A stretch of DNA of 41,475 nucleotides. Source: an uncultured archaeon (GTDB lineage: Archaea > Asgardarchaeota > Thorarchaeia > Thorarchaeales > Thorarchaeaceae). Both the position numbers and the translations under genes were made by a program. Numbering within the stretch: position 1 is the first letter of the stretch; every line of letters begins with the position of its first letter. The notes below the pieces were generated by a model. The model was given only the letters and a program-made list of their open reading frames with translations. It was not told the DNA's origin and did no database searches. Location of the stretch: assembly GCA_964590575.1 (NCBI GenBank), contig CAZPWM010000017.1, positions 1-41,475 on the forward strand. Reading direction: 5' to 3'. Below are positions 18,247 to 27,647 of this stretch, piece by piece.

Positions 18247-18861
18247 ATGGTTACACACTTTGACGATGAGCACTTGGCTGTGAACCCGCAGCTAATCGTT
18301 AAGGTTGTACGAAATGCCCACGAATTTTTCACGGAAAATAAAATCGATGAGCGTTATGAGAATATGGCGCTCGATATTGTTCGTAGATTTGTTTCTAAGG
18401 AAGGTATCCCGCGAGAGGCTGACCCCTTCTTTGGAGCTGCTCTGTATATGGTCACACGACACCCATGGAGTCATCCAAATCCACTCACAAAGACAGAATT
18501 CGCCAACAAGCTCAGGATGAAAGAATCTAGTCTTGAGTGGTACACTGAAAGCATTGCTGAAAAACTGGGGTTCGTAATTCTTCATGATAACACTCACCTG
18601 CCATTCTTCATGGATCCTCAAGGAATCATTGCGAGTGTGGTTAGTTCTGTGGTCAGTTCTAGTGTAGGTGAAGTAATTATCCGTGGTATAGTCACTGGCA
18701 GTCCTCCCTCATACTCGAAGCTTGCTGAGGGTATTGTCGATAGACTGTGCAATGTAGTTAAGATAGTTCCAAGTGTCTTCGAACAGGAAATCCATAATTT
18801 GGTGCGGCGTAAGATTGAAGATGAGAGCAAGAAACTAAGTGATCAGTTCGCGAATCGCTAG
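18247..18861 (+). CDS. Hypothetical protein with a TFB/cyclin-box-like repeat
   Basis: GAALYMV...TKTEFA....KE.SL..Y...IAEKLG aligns by eye with the C-terminal repeat of the TFB in this window. Confidence 0.6.
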   Translation: MVTHFDDEHLAVNPQLIVKVVRNAHEFFTENKIDERYENMALDIVRRFVSKEGIPREADPFFGAALYMVTRHPWSHPNPLTKTEFANKLRMKESSLEWYTESIAEKLGFVILHDNTHLPFFMDPQGIIASVVSSVVSSSVGEVIIRGIVTGSPPSYSKLAEGIVDRLCNVVKIVPSVFEQEIHNLVRRKIEDESKKLSDQFANR

Positions 18862-18869
18862 AACTTTGT

Positions 18870-19181
18870 TCAGGTATTCTCTGGTTGCAGAGTCACCTCT
18901 TCAACAAATGTTTTTCCTGCAACAACTTGGTCAATTGAGTGAATCACAGCACCTGCCTGTTCAAGAATTTCCTTGACACTATCATAGCTGAGGTCATCAC
19001 CCTCCAATGTTATCGTAATACTTTCAGTATTCTGATCTACCTCTTTTAATGAGATGTTCAGCCCAGTGACACGCTCGTCGCGCGAGAGCATCAAAGCAAG
19101 GTCAGTAAGACGTGGGCTGTGAGGTTTTAAAACATCAAGAACTATTCTTCGAATGCCATGAGGCAACAAATCATTCCCCAT
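18870..19181 (-). CDS. DUF211 family protein
   Basis: IRRIVLDVLKPH.P, GAVIHSIDQVVAG. Confidence 0.9.
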   Translation of the reverse strand: MGNDLLPHGIRRIVLDVLKPHSPRLTDLALMLSRDERVTGLNISLKEVDQNTESITITLEGDDLSYDSVKEILEQAGAVIHSIDQVVAGKTFVEEVTLQPENT

Positions 19182-19415
19182 TCGTGTTCCTTTAGTGGAA
19201 TTCATCTAGGGTTGCTTTTAGGTATGCCTTGTTAAACCTTACTACAAGGGAAACGCGCCATCTGTAAAGAAGAGCATTCCCATTTTTCATTCGTTATCAA
19301 CGAAGATGACGAAATTTAGTGACAGCTCCCCAAGGCTTATATCGCATCTATGGGATTTCAATAAAGAGCTTACTTTTTTGTAGGCCCGCCGGGAAACTAA
19401 GGTTGGGACGCTGCC

Positions 19416-19733
19416 TTGAAGCAAGAGAGACTGACAAGACACAACAAGGACATTCTACCTGATTCTAAGAAAACACCTCAAAAGTCCAAATCTACCAAAA
19501 AGGAATCAGGTCGCATTATCGATATCAATATTGCAGATTTCAAGGGTCATCCACTATATTCACTTCTCATCGAAACTGCTAAGAGCAATCCCCTCTTTGC
19601 AAATAATGCTGGATATGCCCAGAACTATATCCTACCAAAGAATCCCCGTATCACAGCCAAAGAACTAGCAAGTAAGCTGTCTATCACAATTGGTGAAGCT
19701 TTAGCTATTCTTGATGGACGCGAAATAGAGTAG
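19416..19733 (+). CDS. Hypothetical protein with C-terminal HTH-like segment
   Basis: PRITAKELASKLSITIGEALAIL; basic N-terminus. Confidence 0.6.
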   Translation: MKQERLTRHNKDILPDSKKTPQKSKSTKKESGRIIDINIADFKGHPLYSLLIETAKSNPLFANNAGYAQNYILPKNPRITAKELASKLSITIGEALAILDGREIE

Positions 19734-19801
19734 ACTTCTTGATGTACACACATTTGCACTTTTATACAAAACTATGTAGAGTGAGTTCGGATTGAAATTT
19801 T

Positions 19802-20881
19802 ATGAGTATGAGCACAGGATTCCGTGACGCTAGATATGCTCAAGCTGTTGTAAAAGAGATTGAACTTCTAAACAAGGGGCTTGACACAAGGATTGTTCAT
19901 GTCTGCGGAACCCACGAAGATACAATAAGTCAACACGGTGTTCGATCTCTCCTCCCTCTATCTCTTAAGCTAGTGGCAGGACCCGGTTGTCCCGTCTGTG
20001 TCAGCGCCGCAGAAGATGTTGATATGGCTATTGAACTTGCTCGACAGGGGCATATAATCACAACCTTTGGCGATATGATTCGTGTTCCATCAACAGAATC
20101 CTCGTTGGCAAAAGAACGCACTGCTGGTGCAGACGTTAGAGTAGTCTATGGCGCGGGAGAGGCTATTTCTGTTGCCTGTGATAATCCTAACAAGGAAGTT
20201 GTCTTTGTTGGTGTTGGATTTGAAACCACAGCCCCAACTATTGCTCTGGAATTGCTAGGAGACCTCCCAACTAATTTCTCTATTCTGACCTCCCTCAAGG
20301 TGATTCCCCCTGCAATGGAGATTCTTGTGAACATCGAGGGATTTGCTGTTGATGGCTTCATAACTCCCGGGCATGTGTCGACGATAGTAGGTACAAACGC
20401 ATTCCAACCATTTGCAGAGAAGACAGGTGTACCGTGTGTAGCAGGTGGTTTCGAGCCTCTAGATGTTTTAGAATCAATACGCATGATCCTGAAGCAGATA
20501 CAAGAGGGTCGAGCCGACTCAGAAAATGAATATTCCCGAGTTGTCAAACCCGAGGGCAATCTCGCTGCACAGAAGGTTCTTGCCCAAGCCTTCTATCTGG
20601 ATGATGCACCTTGGAGAGGACTCGGAATCATAAAGAAGTCTGGATACTACATTCGAAAGGAATTTGCCGCGCATGATGCTAGGCTTCGGTTTGAATTTCC
20701 TGAATTCGAATCAGTCGATATACTACCTGGTTGTAGATGTCATGAGGTGATTCTTGGTATGGTCGACCCAGTAGATTGTTCATTGTTCGGTAAACGCTGC
20801 ACTCCTGAGAATCCTTATGGACCCTGCATGGTAGGACATGAAGGTACTTGCAGGATTAGACATGAATATGCAATGGATTAA
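19802..20881 (+). CDS. hypD: [NiFe] hydrogenase maturation protein HypD
   Basis: HVCGTHE, GPGCPVC, GFETTAP, PGHVS, C.C...C..FG..CTP..P.GPCMV..EG.C. Confidence 0.97.
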   Translation: MSMSTGFRDARYAQAVVKEIELLNKGLDTRIVHVCGTHEDTISQHGVRSLLPLSLKLVAGPGCPVCVSAAEDVDMAIELARQGHIITTFGDMIRVPSTESSLAKERTAGADVRVVYGAGEAISVACDNPNKEVVFVGVGFETTAPTIALELLGDLPTNFSILTSLKVIPPAMEILVNIEGFAVDGFITPGHVSTIVGTNAFQPFAEKTGVPCVAGGFEPLDVLESIRMILKQIQEGRADSENEYSRVVKPEGNLAAQKVLAQAFYLDDAPWRGLGIIKKSGYYIRKEFAAHDARLRFEFPEFESVDILPGCRCHEVILGMVDPVDCSLFGKRCTPENPYGPCMVGHEGTCRIRHEYAMD

Positions 20882-21507
20882 CGACCGCGTTTTTTGGAGC
20901 TTTTTCTTTCAGCTTTCTCGAGGTCTCCGGGTGTGTTGAAGTTCACAAATGTATCTAAATCTGGGTCAACCTGTTTGAGTGTTTCAGTTGAAACAAAAAG
21001 TACGTTTTGAAGAGCATCTAGCATATCGCTCATCTTGTGGTATCCCTTTTCCATGACCTTCAGACCGTGATAGTACGCATGTTCTGCAAGATAGACCGAA
21101 TGAAGTGGTTCAATATATCCTGATGGCCATGATGGTACAACTGCCCCATGTCCTGAACTCAATCGAACCAACATCTGCAATAATTCAACACAAGCGAGAG
21201 GTGTGTCAACAGGGAGTAGTAAGGTGTGCGGAGTGAGAGTGTACTCAAAAGCTGTTAACGCGCCAGATAGTGCGCACTTGATTTCACCTGGTGGGTCCAC
21301 AACTACTTGAACATCGTGAACAACCTTACGCAGTTTTGTCTCTTGCACCTCTTCAGATACAACTACCATGATTTCGGATGATAGTTTCCTCGCGATTTTC
21401 ACCATGTGTGAGATGAGGGGGGTGCCTTGGAAATCTGCCAGCGCCTTTTCTGACCCAAATCTCTTGGAGTTTCCTCCTGCCAAAATTGCGACTGTTACTT
21501 TTTCCAT
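20878..21507 (-). CDS. mobA: Molybdenum cofactor guanylyltransferase
   Basis: ILAGGNSKRFGSEKA, EPLHSVY, F.N.NTP.DL. Confidence 0.9.
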   Translation of the reverse strand: MEKVTVAILAGGNSKRFGSEKALADFQGTPLISHMVKIARKLSSEIMVVVSEEVQETKLRKVVHDVQVVVDPPGEIKCALSGALTAFEYTLTPHTLLLPVDTPLACVELLQMLVRLSSGHGAVVPSWPSGYIEPLHSVYLAEHAYYHGLKVMEKGYHKMSDMLDALQNVLFVSTETLKQVDPDLDTFVNFNTPGDLEKAERKSSKKRGR

Positions 21508-21553
21508 TATATCACCCCTAGATTGCAGACACTTGGCTCTCTAATGAGGCATA

Positions 21554-23527
21554 TTACTGGGTTTCTTCACGTACTGAGAGATACTCTTCAATCATCGCTG
21601 ATATCTGACCGTCTGTGTAATGCTGGGATGAGATAGCACCACTGGCACATGTAGATGTACAGGTACCACATCCCTTACACAAGGCTGGGTTCACCTCAGC
21701 ATGACCCCGTTCATTCAATGTCACAGCATTGTATGGACAAACTGAGATACACACTTGACATCCTGCACATTTATCTTCATCAACAACAGAGTAGTATGGC
21801 TCAATACTGATCTTGCCTCTGCCCATTAGAGCCATTGCTCCAGAAGCTGCAGCTTTCGCTTGTGCAACTGTGTCAGGAATGTCCTTTGGTCCCTGAGCCA
21901 TTCCAGCTACAAATATCCCGTCGTTAAATGAGTCAACGGGTCTCAGTTTCGGATGTGCTTCAAGCAAGAATCCATCCGGTGACAAGCTAAGATTCAGAGC
22001 GTGAGCAATCTTCTTGGTCGATTCAGGTGCTACCACCCCTGTTGATAATACTACAAGCCCAATACCCTCAAGATTTATCGGCTTACCAAGGAGAGTGTCC
22101 TCGCCTCTTACTGTGAGTGTATTGGTTTTATCATCTTGGATGATTTCACCTACCCGCCCACGGATGAAGGTGACACCAGCTTTGGCAGTACTCTCGTAAA
22201 ACTCCTCGTAGCCTTTCCCGAATGTACGCAGGTCAATATAGAAGATGTAGACTTTAGCATTCGTCTTGTCAGTAATCATTCGAGCTTGCTTGATTGCGGT
22301 CATGCAACAGATTCGTGAGCAATACTTGTTGGTAAGTTCATCTCGACTACCAACACACTGAATATAGACAATCTTGCTTGGTTCTTTGAGATCCGAGGGT
22401 CGAACGACATGGCCCTGTGTTGGACCCGCAGAGTTGAGCATACGTTCTATCTCACCGAGATTGACAACGTTCGGGTATACTCCGTATCCATATTCATCCT
22501 TTATACTGGCATCGAAAAGTTCGAAGCCTGTTGACACGATGATGGTTCCAACTTCGATCTCGATGATTTTATCATGATCGTCATAGTTGATTGCATCCGC
22601 CTCGCAGACCACCTTACACTTTCCACACCGAACCGCATCCACTCCGAGACAGTTTTTCATGTCGAGAAGATATGATGATGGAACTGCTTGAGCAAATGGA
22701 ATGTAGATTGCTTTCCTGTATGAAAGGTATGCTTCAAACTCTGCTGGAATATCCACCGGACAGATGTCCGAGCAGTCGCCACATGAAGTACACTTCTCGA
22801 TGTCAACATACCTGGGCTTCTGTCTAATTTTGACCTTGAAATTCCCGACAAATCCATTGACCTCTTCGACCTCCGCCATTGTCAAGAGGGTGATGTTTTC
22901 GTGATTGCCCACCTCCGCCATTCTGGGGGTCAGGATACAGCTTGAACAATCGAGTGTAGGGAATGTTTTATCCCATCGGCTCATTTTACCGCCGATGCTA
23001 GGTTCTCTCTCGACAAGGTAGACCTTAAACCCCGCATTTGCTAGATCCAAAGCGGCTGAGATTCCCGCGATACCGCCTCCAACCACTAATGTTGCCCTCT
23101 TTATTGACACCTCTGGTGCAACAAGAGGCTCAAGGAGCCGTGCTCGAGCAATGGCCATTTTTAGAAGGTCAATCGCTTTTTCAGTGGCTGCTATTGGATT
23201 ATCCGCATGAATCCAACTCACGTGTTCTCTGATATTGGCAATTTCAAGTAGGAATGGATTCAGACCAGTTTCCCGGAGTACTTGCCGAAAAGTTGGTTCG
23301 TGCATTCTCGGAGAGCAGGACGCAATCACAATACCATTTAGATTGTGTTTCTTGATACTATCTTTTATTATCTGTTGACCTGGTTTTGAACAGACATACT
23401 TGTAATCAGACACATACTCAACATTCGGAAGATTCTGTACTGCTTCCGCAAGTTGTTCAATGTCTACTACGCCAGCAATGTTACTTCCACAATGGCAAAG
23501 AAAAACACCTATCCGTCTATCGGGCAT
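21554..23527 (-). CDS. hdrA: Heterodisulfide reductase subunit A (Cys-type)
   Basis: GVFLCHCG.NI, SCSP.MHE, GGGIAG, KTFPTLDCSSCIL, QCVGSRD, CS..CC, C-terminal ferredoxin; ATG 23527 with GAGGT SD. Confidence 0.96.
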   Translation of the reverse strand: MPDRRIGVFLCHCGSNIAGVVDIEQLAEAVQNLPNVEYVSDYKYVCSKPGQQIIKDSIKKHNLNGIVIASCSPRMHEPTFRQVLRETGLNPFLLEIANIREHVSWIHADNPIAATEKAIDLLKMAIARARLLEPLVAPEVSIKRATLVVGGGIAGISAALDLANAGFKVYLVEREPSIGGKMSRWDKTFPTLDCSSCILTPRMAEVGNHENITLLTMAEVEEVNGFVGNFKVKIRQKPRYVDIEKCTSCGDCSDICPVDIPAEFEAYLSYRKAIYIPFAQAVPSSYLLDMKNCLGVDAVRCGKCKVVCEADAINYDDHDKIIEIEVGTIIVSTGFELFDASIKDEYGYGVYPNVVNLGEIERMLNSAGPTQGHVVRPSDLKEPSKIVYIQCVGSRDELTNKYCSRICCMTAIKQARMITDKTNAKVYIFYIDLRTFGKGYEEFYESTAKAGVTFIRGRVGEIIQDDKTNTLTVRGEDTLLGKPINLEGIGLVVLSTGVVAPESTKKIAHALNLSLSPDGFLLEAHPKLRPVDSFNDGIFVAGMAQGPKDIPDTVAQAKAAASGAMALMGRGKISIEPYYSVVDEDKCAGCQVCISVCPYNAVTLNERGHAEVNPALCKGCGTCTSTCASGAISSQHYTDGQISAMIEEYLSVREETQ

Positions 23528-23546
23528 ATGTGTGACCTCGTTCCAG

Positions 23547-23597
23547 TGAAGCGTCAAGTTGAGGACATTAGTTTCTCAGACCTTCATCGGACAGCTC
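23547..23597 (-). ncRNA. SECIS-like / kink-turn hairpin in the hdrB-hdrA intergenic region
   Basis: AUGA-AGGUCUGAG-AAA-CUAAUGUC-CUCAACUU-GA: AUGA/GA core, paired stem and unpaired AAA. Confidence 0.4.
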
Positions 23598-23613
23598 GCG
23601 CGGTCGATTGATA

Positions 23614-23629
23614 GTAATAAAGTGTTTCG
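23614..23629 (-). promoter_or_regulatory. Putative BRE/TATA promoter for the second hdrA
   Basis: CGAAACAC-TTTATTAC on the minus strand. Confidence 0.55.
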
Positions 23630-23641
23630 GGAGTGTGCAGT

Positions 23642-24547
23642 TTAGAGACTCGATGCCATTGAGTTACCCATATCCACCTCAGTTTCTTTACTTTTTGGAA
23701 GATCGATTTTGACTCGGTGCTCAGCTAGCAGAAGGTCCGTTTCTGGAAGGCCCATTGCTATGGCTAGAAGCTCCGTATAGTAGAATACTGGAAACTTGAA
23801 ATCAGTACCAAAAATCCTGTTAGCCACACGTTGCCCAGACTCAAAGGTTATGAAACATGTGGGACAGAAGACGACAATTGCATCAGGTTCCACCATTTCC
23901 ATGCTTGCCATCTTCTCTCGCAATACAGCATAAGATGTGACTGAATTCGTCTTCCTGACCCCTGCTCCACAACACATGGTCTTATCCATATATTCCAAAG
24001 GCTCCATTCCCAGAGCCTCACACAATAAATCAAGTTTCACTGGAACTTCTGCGTTATCAACATGAAGGATGCGTTCAGGTCTCAAGAGGTGACATCCGGT
24101 ATGAGTAACTACCTTGATTGGAATTGGGCGTGTCACCTTGGCAGACAATGTTTCAACTCCAATTTCATCGAACAACAACTGATGCAGATGAATTATCGAT
24201 GAGGTTCCTTTGTATTCAAGGCCCAGATCCTTCAGGATTTCGTTTACCTTGTTCTTTTTCTCTGATTTCGTATCAAGCTCGTGCTTAGCTAGGGATAACG
24301 ATTCATGGCAGCCTGCACATGCAGTCAAAATATCGAGTCCCTCCGCCTCTGCAAGAGCAATATTCCTGGCAGCAAAAGTCAACCAAGTTTCATCAGATAG
24401 GGCACGAACTGCATTTGGCTCTGGACAACAAGTAAACGGGAGGTCAACCAGCTTAATATCGAATTTTGGGGCCACCATCCTGATTGACTTTTCAGCGAAC
24501 TGAAGGCGAAACGCCAGTGTACATCCCACAAAGAATGCATACTTCAT
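23642..24547 (-). CDS. hdrB: Heterodisulfide reductase subunit B
   Basis: Two CCG domains: GC..TCCP..CAGC and HTGCH..CCGAG..CPTC. Confidence 0.95.
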   Translation of the reverse strand: MKYAFFVGCTLAFRLQFAEKSIRMVAPKFDIKLVDLPFTCCPEPNAVRALSDETWLTFAARNIALAEAEGLDILTACAGCHESLSLAKHELDTKSEKKNKVNEILKDLGLEYKGTSSIIHLHQLLFDEIGVETLSAKVTRPIPIKVVTHTGCHLLRPERILHVDNAEVPVKLDLLCEALGMEPLEYMDKTMCCGAGVRKTNSVTSYAVLREKMASMEMVEPDAIVVFCPTCFITFESGQRVANRIFGTDFKFPVFYYTELLAIAMGLPETDLLLAEHRVKIDLPKSKETEVDMGNSMASSL

Positions 24548-25050
24548 TCAGCAGCTTCCTCCACTGGTTTCTTATTAGCTTCTAAGACAGCTGCAGCCCC
24601 GGTCGCTTTGAACAACTTCTGGACTTCAGCAGGATCTGCTCTGGGTAGATCCGGTAATCCTAACTCAGCTCGTTTCTTTTCAGACCTACCTGAGATAGGT
24701 GATAGACAACCATATTCCATTAACATTTCCGCTGATTCAATGACGTCTGGTGGGGCTTTTCCTTCTCTCGCAGATATGTTCTTGATCTCCATCAAAATCT
24801 CTGCAAGAGAAACCCCCATTGGACATCTCTGGTCACACATTAGGCAATATGCACACAACCATTCATTTCCCGCTTTTGGAACCACTCCTTTAGTGATGAT
24901 AGAATCAACCGATAATCTTGGATTCAGCTCTGGTGCTACTCTAAAGACCGGACAGGAGGACGTACAAATCCCGCATTGAAAACAAGGTTTTGCAGCTTCC
25001 CTGAGTTCGTTCAGCTTTTGGTTTTGAATGTCGTCTGCTATTCCAATCAC
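24544..25050 (-). CDS. hdrC: Heterodisulfide reductase subunit C
   Basis: CFQCGICTSSCP and WLCAYCLMCDQRCPMGV; overlaps both hdrA and hdrB. Confidence 0.93.
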   Translation of the reverse strand: MIGIADDIQNQKLNELREAAKPCFQCGICTSSCPVFRVAPELNPRLSVDSIITKGVVPKAGNEWLCAYCLMCDQRCPMGVSLAEILMEIKNISAREGKAPPDVIESAEMLMEYGCLSPISGRSEKKRAELGLPDLPRADPAEVQKLFKATGAAAVLEANKKPVEEAAE

Positions 25051-27614
25051 ACCTTCTTCACTGTCTTCTTTTTACTAACACTCTTTTGGGTGGTGCTGCT
25101 AGATTTCGTTTTTGGTTTCACTTTTGGCTTAGTCTTTGATTTTGGTTTGACTGCTGATTTTGGTTCAGATGGGGCTTTGGTTTTTGTAGTTACAGGTTTC
25201 TTTGACTTGGGTATTACTTTCCTGGGCGTCTTCACAACCTCTGATAACTCGTTCATAATGGTCTGCCACTTCTTACCTTCACCCGCGGAAACCCACTCAA
25301 TTCTGAATCTTTCTTCCTCGATATTATTCCTCTTCATCCATCCCCTGATTCTTGGTTCGCGTTTGGCCATCCAGTGGTTGCCTGTCTGGAAGTGACAGTC
25401 TGCTGGTTGGTGGCATCCAGAATAGAGAACAGCTCCTGCACCTAGATCAAATGCTTTCTGAGCAAACTTTGTCGAATACCTTCCTGAACACATTGCACGA
25501 ATGACTCTTGCGTTGGTTGGATACTGCATTCGCGAAATGCCAGCTAGGTCTGAGCCTCTATACGAACAGAAAGCACATGCAAAAGCAATAATCTTGTTCT
25601 CGGGTTCATCTTGTAACGCAATCTCTATCTGTGCTTCGATTTGTTCACTAGTGAAGTTTGGCATATAGATTGCATCTTGTGGACAGTCACCAGCACATGT
25701 CCCGCAGGCTTGACAGAGTGCACCCATGACTGTGATTTTCCCTGTACCATCCTGTGAGATTGCTCCATATGGACATCGCGTTATGCAAGTGCCGCACCTG
25801 TTACAGAGATCCTGCAATATCTTTGCACTGAGTGCCTCAATCGGGAACCTGCCTTTCTGAAGAATTATTGCAGCTCTCCCAGCTGCTGCACTCGCCTGAA
25901 TAACGGAATCACGAATGTCCTTGGGGCTTTCTGCTCCACCACAGATGAAGACTCCTGCTGAGCTAGTATCTACAGGTCTTAGTTTCGGATGTGATTCGAT
26001 ATAGAATGAGTCGCTTGTGCAAGAAATCGGAATCGGGAAGTTGCCAGATATTCCTTCAGCACCAATAGAGAGAATTACCATATCATACTCTTCCATGAGG
26101 AGCTTGTTGTGAGTGGTATCCTCCACGCTCACCCTAAGATTCTTAGTCTTGGGATATTGCTGAATTTCACCAACCCGCCCACGGATGAATTTCACGCCCT
26201 CTTCTCTGGCTTTCTTATACTGGTCTTCAAAGTACTTTCCATGCATCCGTAAGTCTTGATAGAAGATACAGACCTCCGTGTCGGGATAGTGTTCCTTGAT
26301 TAGGAGTGCGCATTTAACAGACTCTGCACAGCAGAAATTCGAACACCCTGAGCGAGTACTGATATTCCGTGAGCCAACACACTGGGCTATTGCTACAGAC
26401 TTAGGCTTTTCCAGATCCGAAGGTCTCACAAGTGCCCCTGAAGTGGGGCCTGCTGCATTGATGAGCCGTTCGAACTCCAATGATGTAATCACATTCGGAA
26501 ATCTTCCCCATCCCAAACGAGGCTCTTTACTAGGGTTTGCTGGTTTGAATCCAGTTGCTAAGATGATGACTCCGGCATCAATATCGATGTACTTTGCTCT
26601 ATCTGATGATATAATCGCCTTCTGCTCACAACGATCGATGCATTTTCCACATCGTATCAAGTCCATACCCAAACATGCCTCTGGATCGATAAAGTAGGAT
26701 GAAGGCACTGCTTGCGGAAATGGGATTTGAATTGCTTTTTTCCATGTCAGGTTCTGGTCTGTCCGACTAGGGACATCCACAGGACAGACTTCGACACAGT
26801 CACCACACGAAGTGCATGCGTCTATGTCCACATATCTTGCACGTTGCTTTACTCTGACCTCAAAGTTTCCAACGTATCCTGAAACTGATTCAACTTCAGC
26901 CATAGTGATCATGTTGATATTTGGATGCCTTGCAACATCTACCATCTTTGGGCCGAGAATGCAGATTGAGCAATCATTCTGTGGAAATACCTTATCAAGT
27001 ATCGCCATTATTCCTCCAATCGTGGCTTCTTTCTCAATCAAATGAACCTTGAATCCTGCATCTGCAAGATCAAGCGCAGCTTGCATACCTGCCACACCAG
27101 CTCCTACCACAAGGGCTGCCTGAGTCACTGGGACATCAAGCTCGGGTTGTGCTTTGAGAGTTGCTGCCTTAGCAACTGACATTGCCACAAGATCCTTTGC
27201 TTTCTGAGTTGCGCCCTCGGGATCATGTTGGTGGACCCACGACACATGCTCTCTGATGTTAGCCATGACGAACAAGTATGGATTGAGCCCCGCTGCCTTG
27301 ACAGTCTTCCTGAATGTGTCTTCGTGCATTGTGGGACTGCACGATGCAACAACGACCCGGTTGAGAGCATGCTCCGCAATGGCTTCCTGAATCTCTCTCT
27401 GTCCTGGATCTGCACATGTGTATACATTCACCTGTACATGAACAACACCAGGGAGCGTCCTTGCATATTCAGCAACGGCATCAATATCCACTACAGCTCC
27501 GATATTCTTACCACATTTGCAAGGGAATACACCGATACGTAATTCTGGGTCGGTCGATACAACCTCCACTTCTGAAGGTCCAACACTTCTCTCTTTTGGG
27601 TTGCCTGTGGTCAT
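25047..27614 (-). CDS. hdrA: HdrA-MvhD fusion protein with Lys-rich tail
   Basis: Full set of HdrA motifs, then MvhD motifs FAC.FCSY..SDLAG, IRAMCSGR, GCH...DCHF, WVSAGEG. Confidence 0.95.
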   Translation of the reverse strand: MTTGNPKERSVGPSEVEVVSTDPELRIGVFPCKCGKNIGAVVDIDAVAEYARTLPGVVHVQVNVYTCADPGQREIQEAIAEHALNRVVVASCSPTMHEDTFRKTVKAAGLNPYLFVMANIREHVSWVHQHDPEGATQKAKDLVAMSVAKAATLKAQPELDVPVTQAALVVGAGVAGMQAALDLADAGFKVHLIEKEATIGGIMAILDKVFPQNDCSICILGPKMVDVARHPNINMITMAEVESVSGYVGNFEVRVKQRARYVDIDACTSCGDCVEVCPVDVPSRTDQNLTWKKAIQIPFPQAVPSSYFIDPEACLGMDLIRCGKCIDRCEQKAIISSDRAKYIDIDAGVIILATGFKPANPSKEPRLGWGRFPNVITSLEFERLINAAGPTSGALVRPSDLEKPKSVAIAQCVGSRNISTRSGCSNFCCAESVKCALLIKEHYPDTEVCIFYQDLRMHGKYFEDQYKKAREEGVKFIRGRVGEIQQYPKTKNLRVSVEDTTHNKLLMEEYDMVILSIGAEGISGNFPIPISCTSDSFYIESHPKLRPVDTSSAGVFICGGAESPKDIRDSVIQASAAAGRAAIILQKGRFPIEALSAKILQDLCNRCGTCITRCPYGAISQDGTGKITVMGALCQACGTCAGDCPQDAIYMPNFTSEQIEAQIEIALQDEPENKIIAFACAFCSYRGSDLAGISRMQYPTNARVIRAMCSGRYSTKFAQKAFDLGAGAVLYSGCHQPADCHFQTGNHWMAKREPRIRGWMKRNNIEEERFRIEWVSAGEGKKWQTIMNELSEVVKTPRKVIPKSKKPVTTKTKAPSEPKSAVKPKSKTKPKVKPKTKSSSTTQKSVSKKKTVKKV

Positions 27615-27647
27615 TTACCAGTCCTCGTTCTACAGAACGCAACTTAA

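Noticed and set aside
19206-19415. Short inverted repeats (CCTTGT/ACAAGG, TTCGTT/AACGAA) as an ncRNA or tRNA
   Set aside because: No cloverleaf or T-loop; consistent with an ordinary divergent promoter region
21554-27614. Selenocysteine (in-frame UGA) within hdrA/mvhD coding regions
   Set aside because: The ORFs are uninterrupted and the checked positions are TGT/TGC; read-through of the hdrA-mvhD terminal UGA hits TAG after two codons
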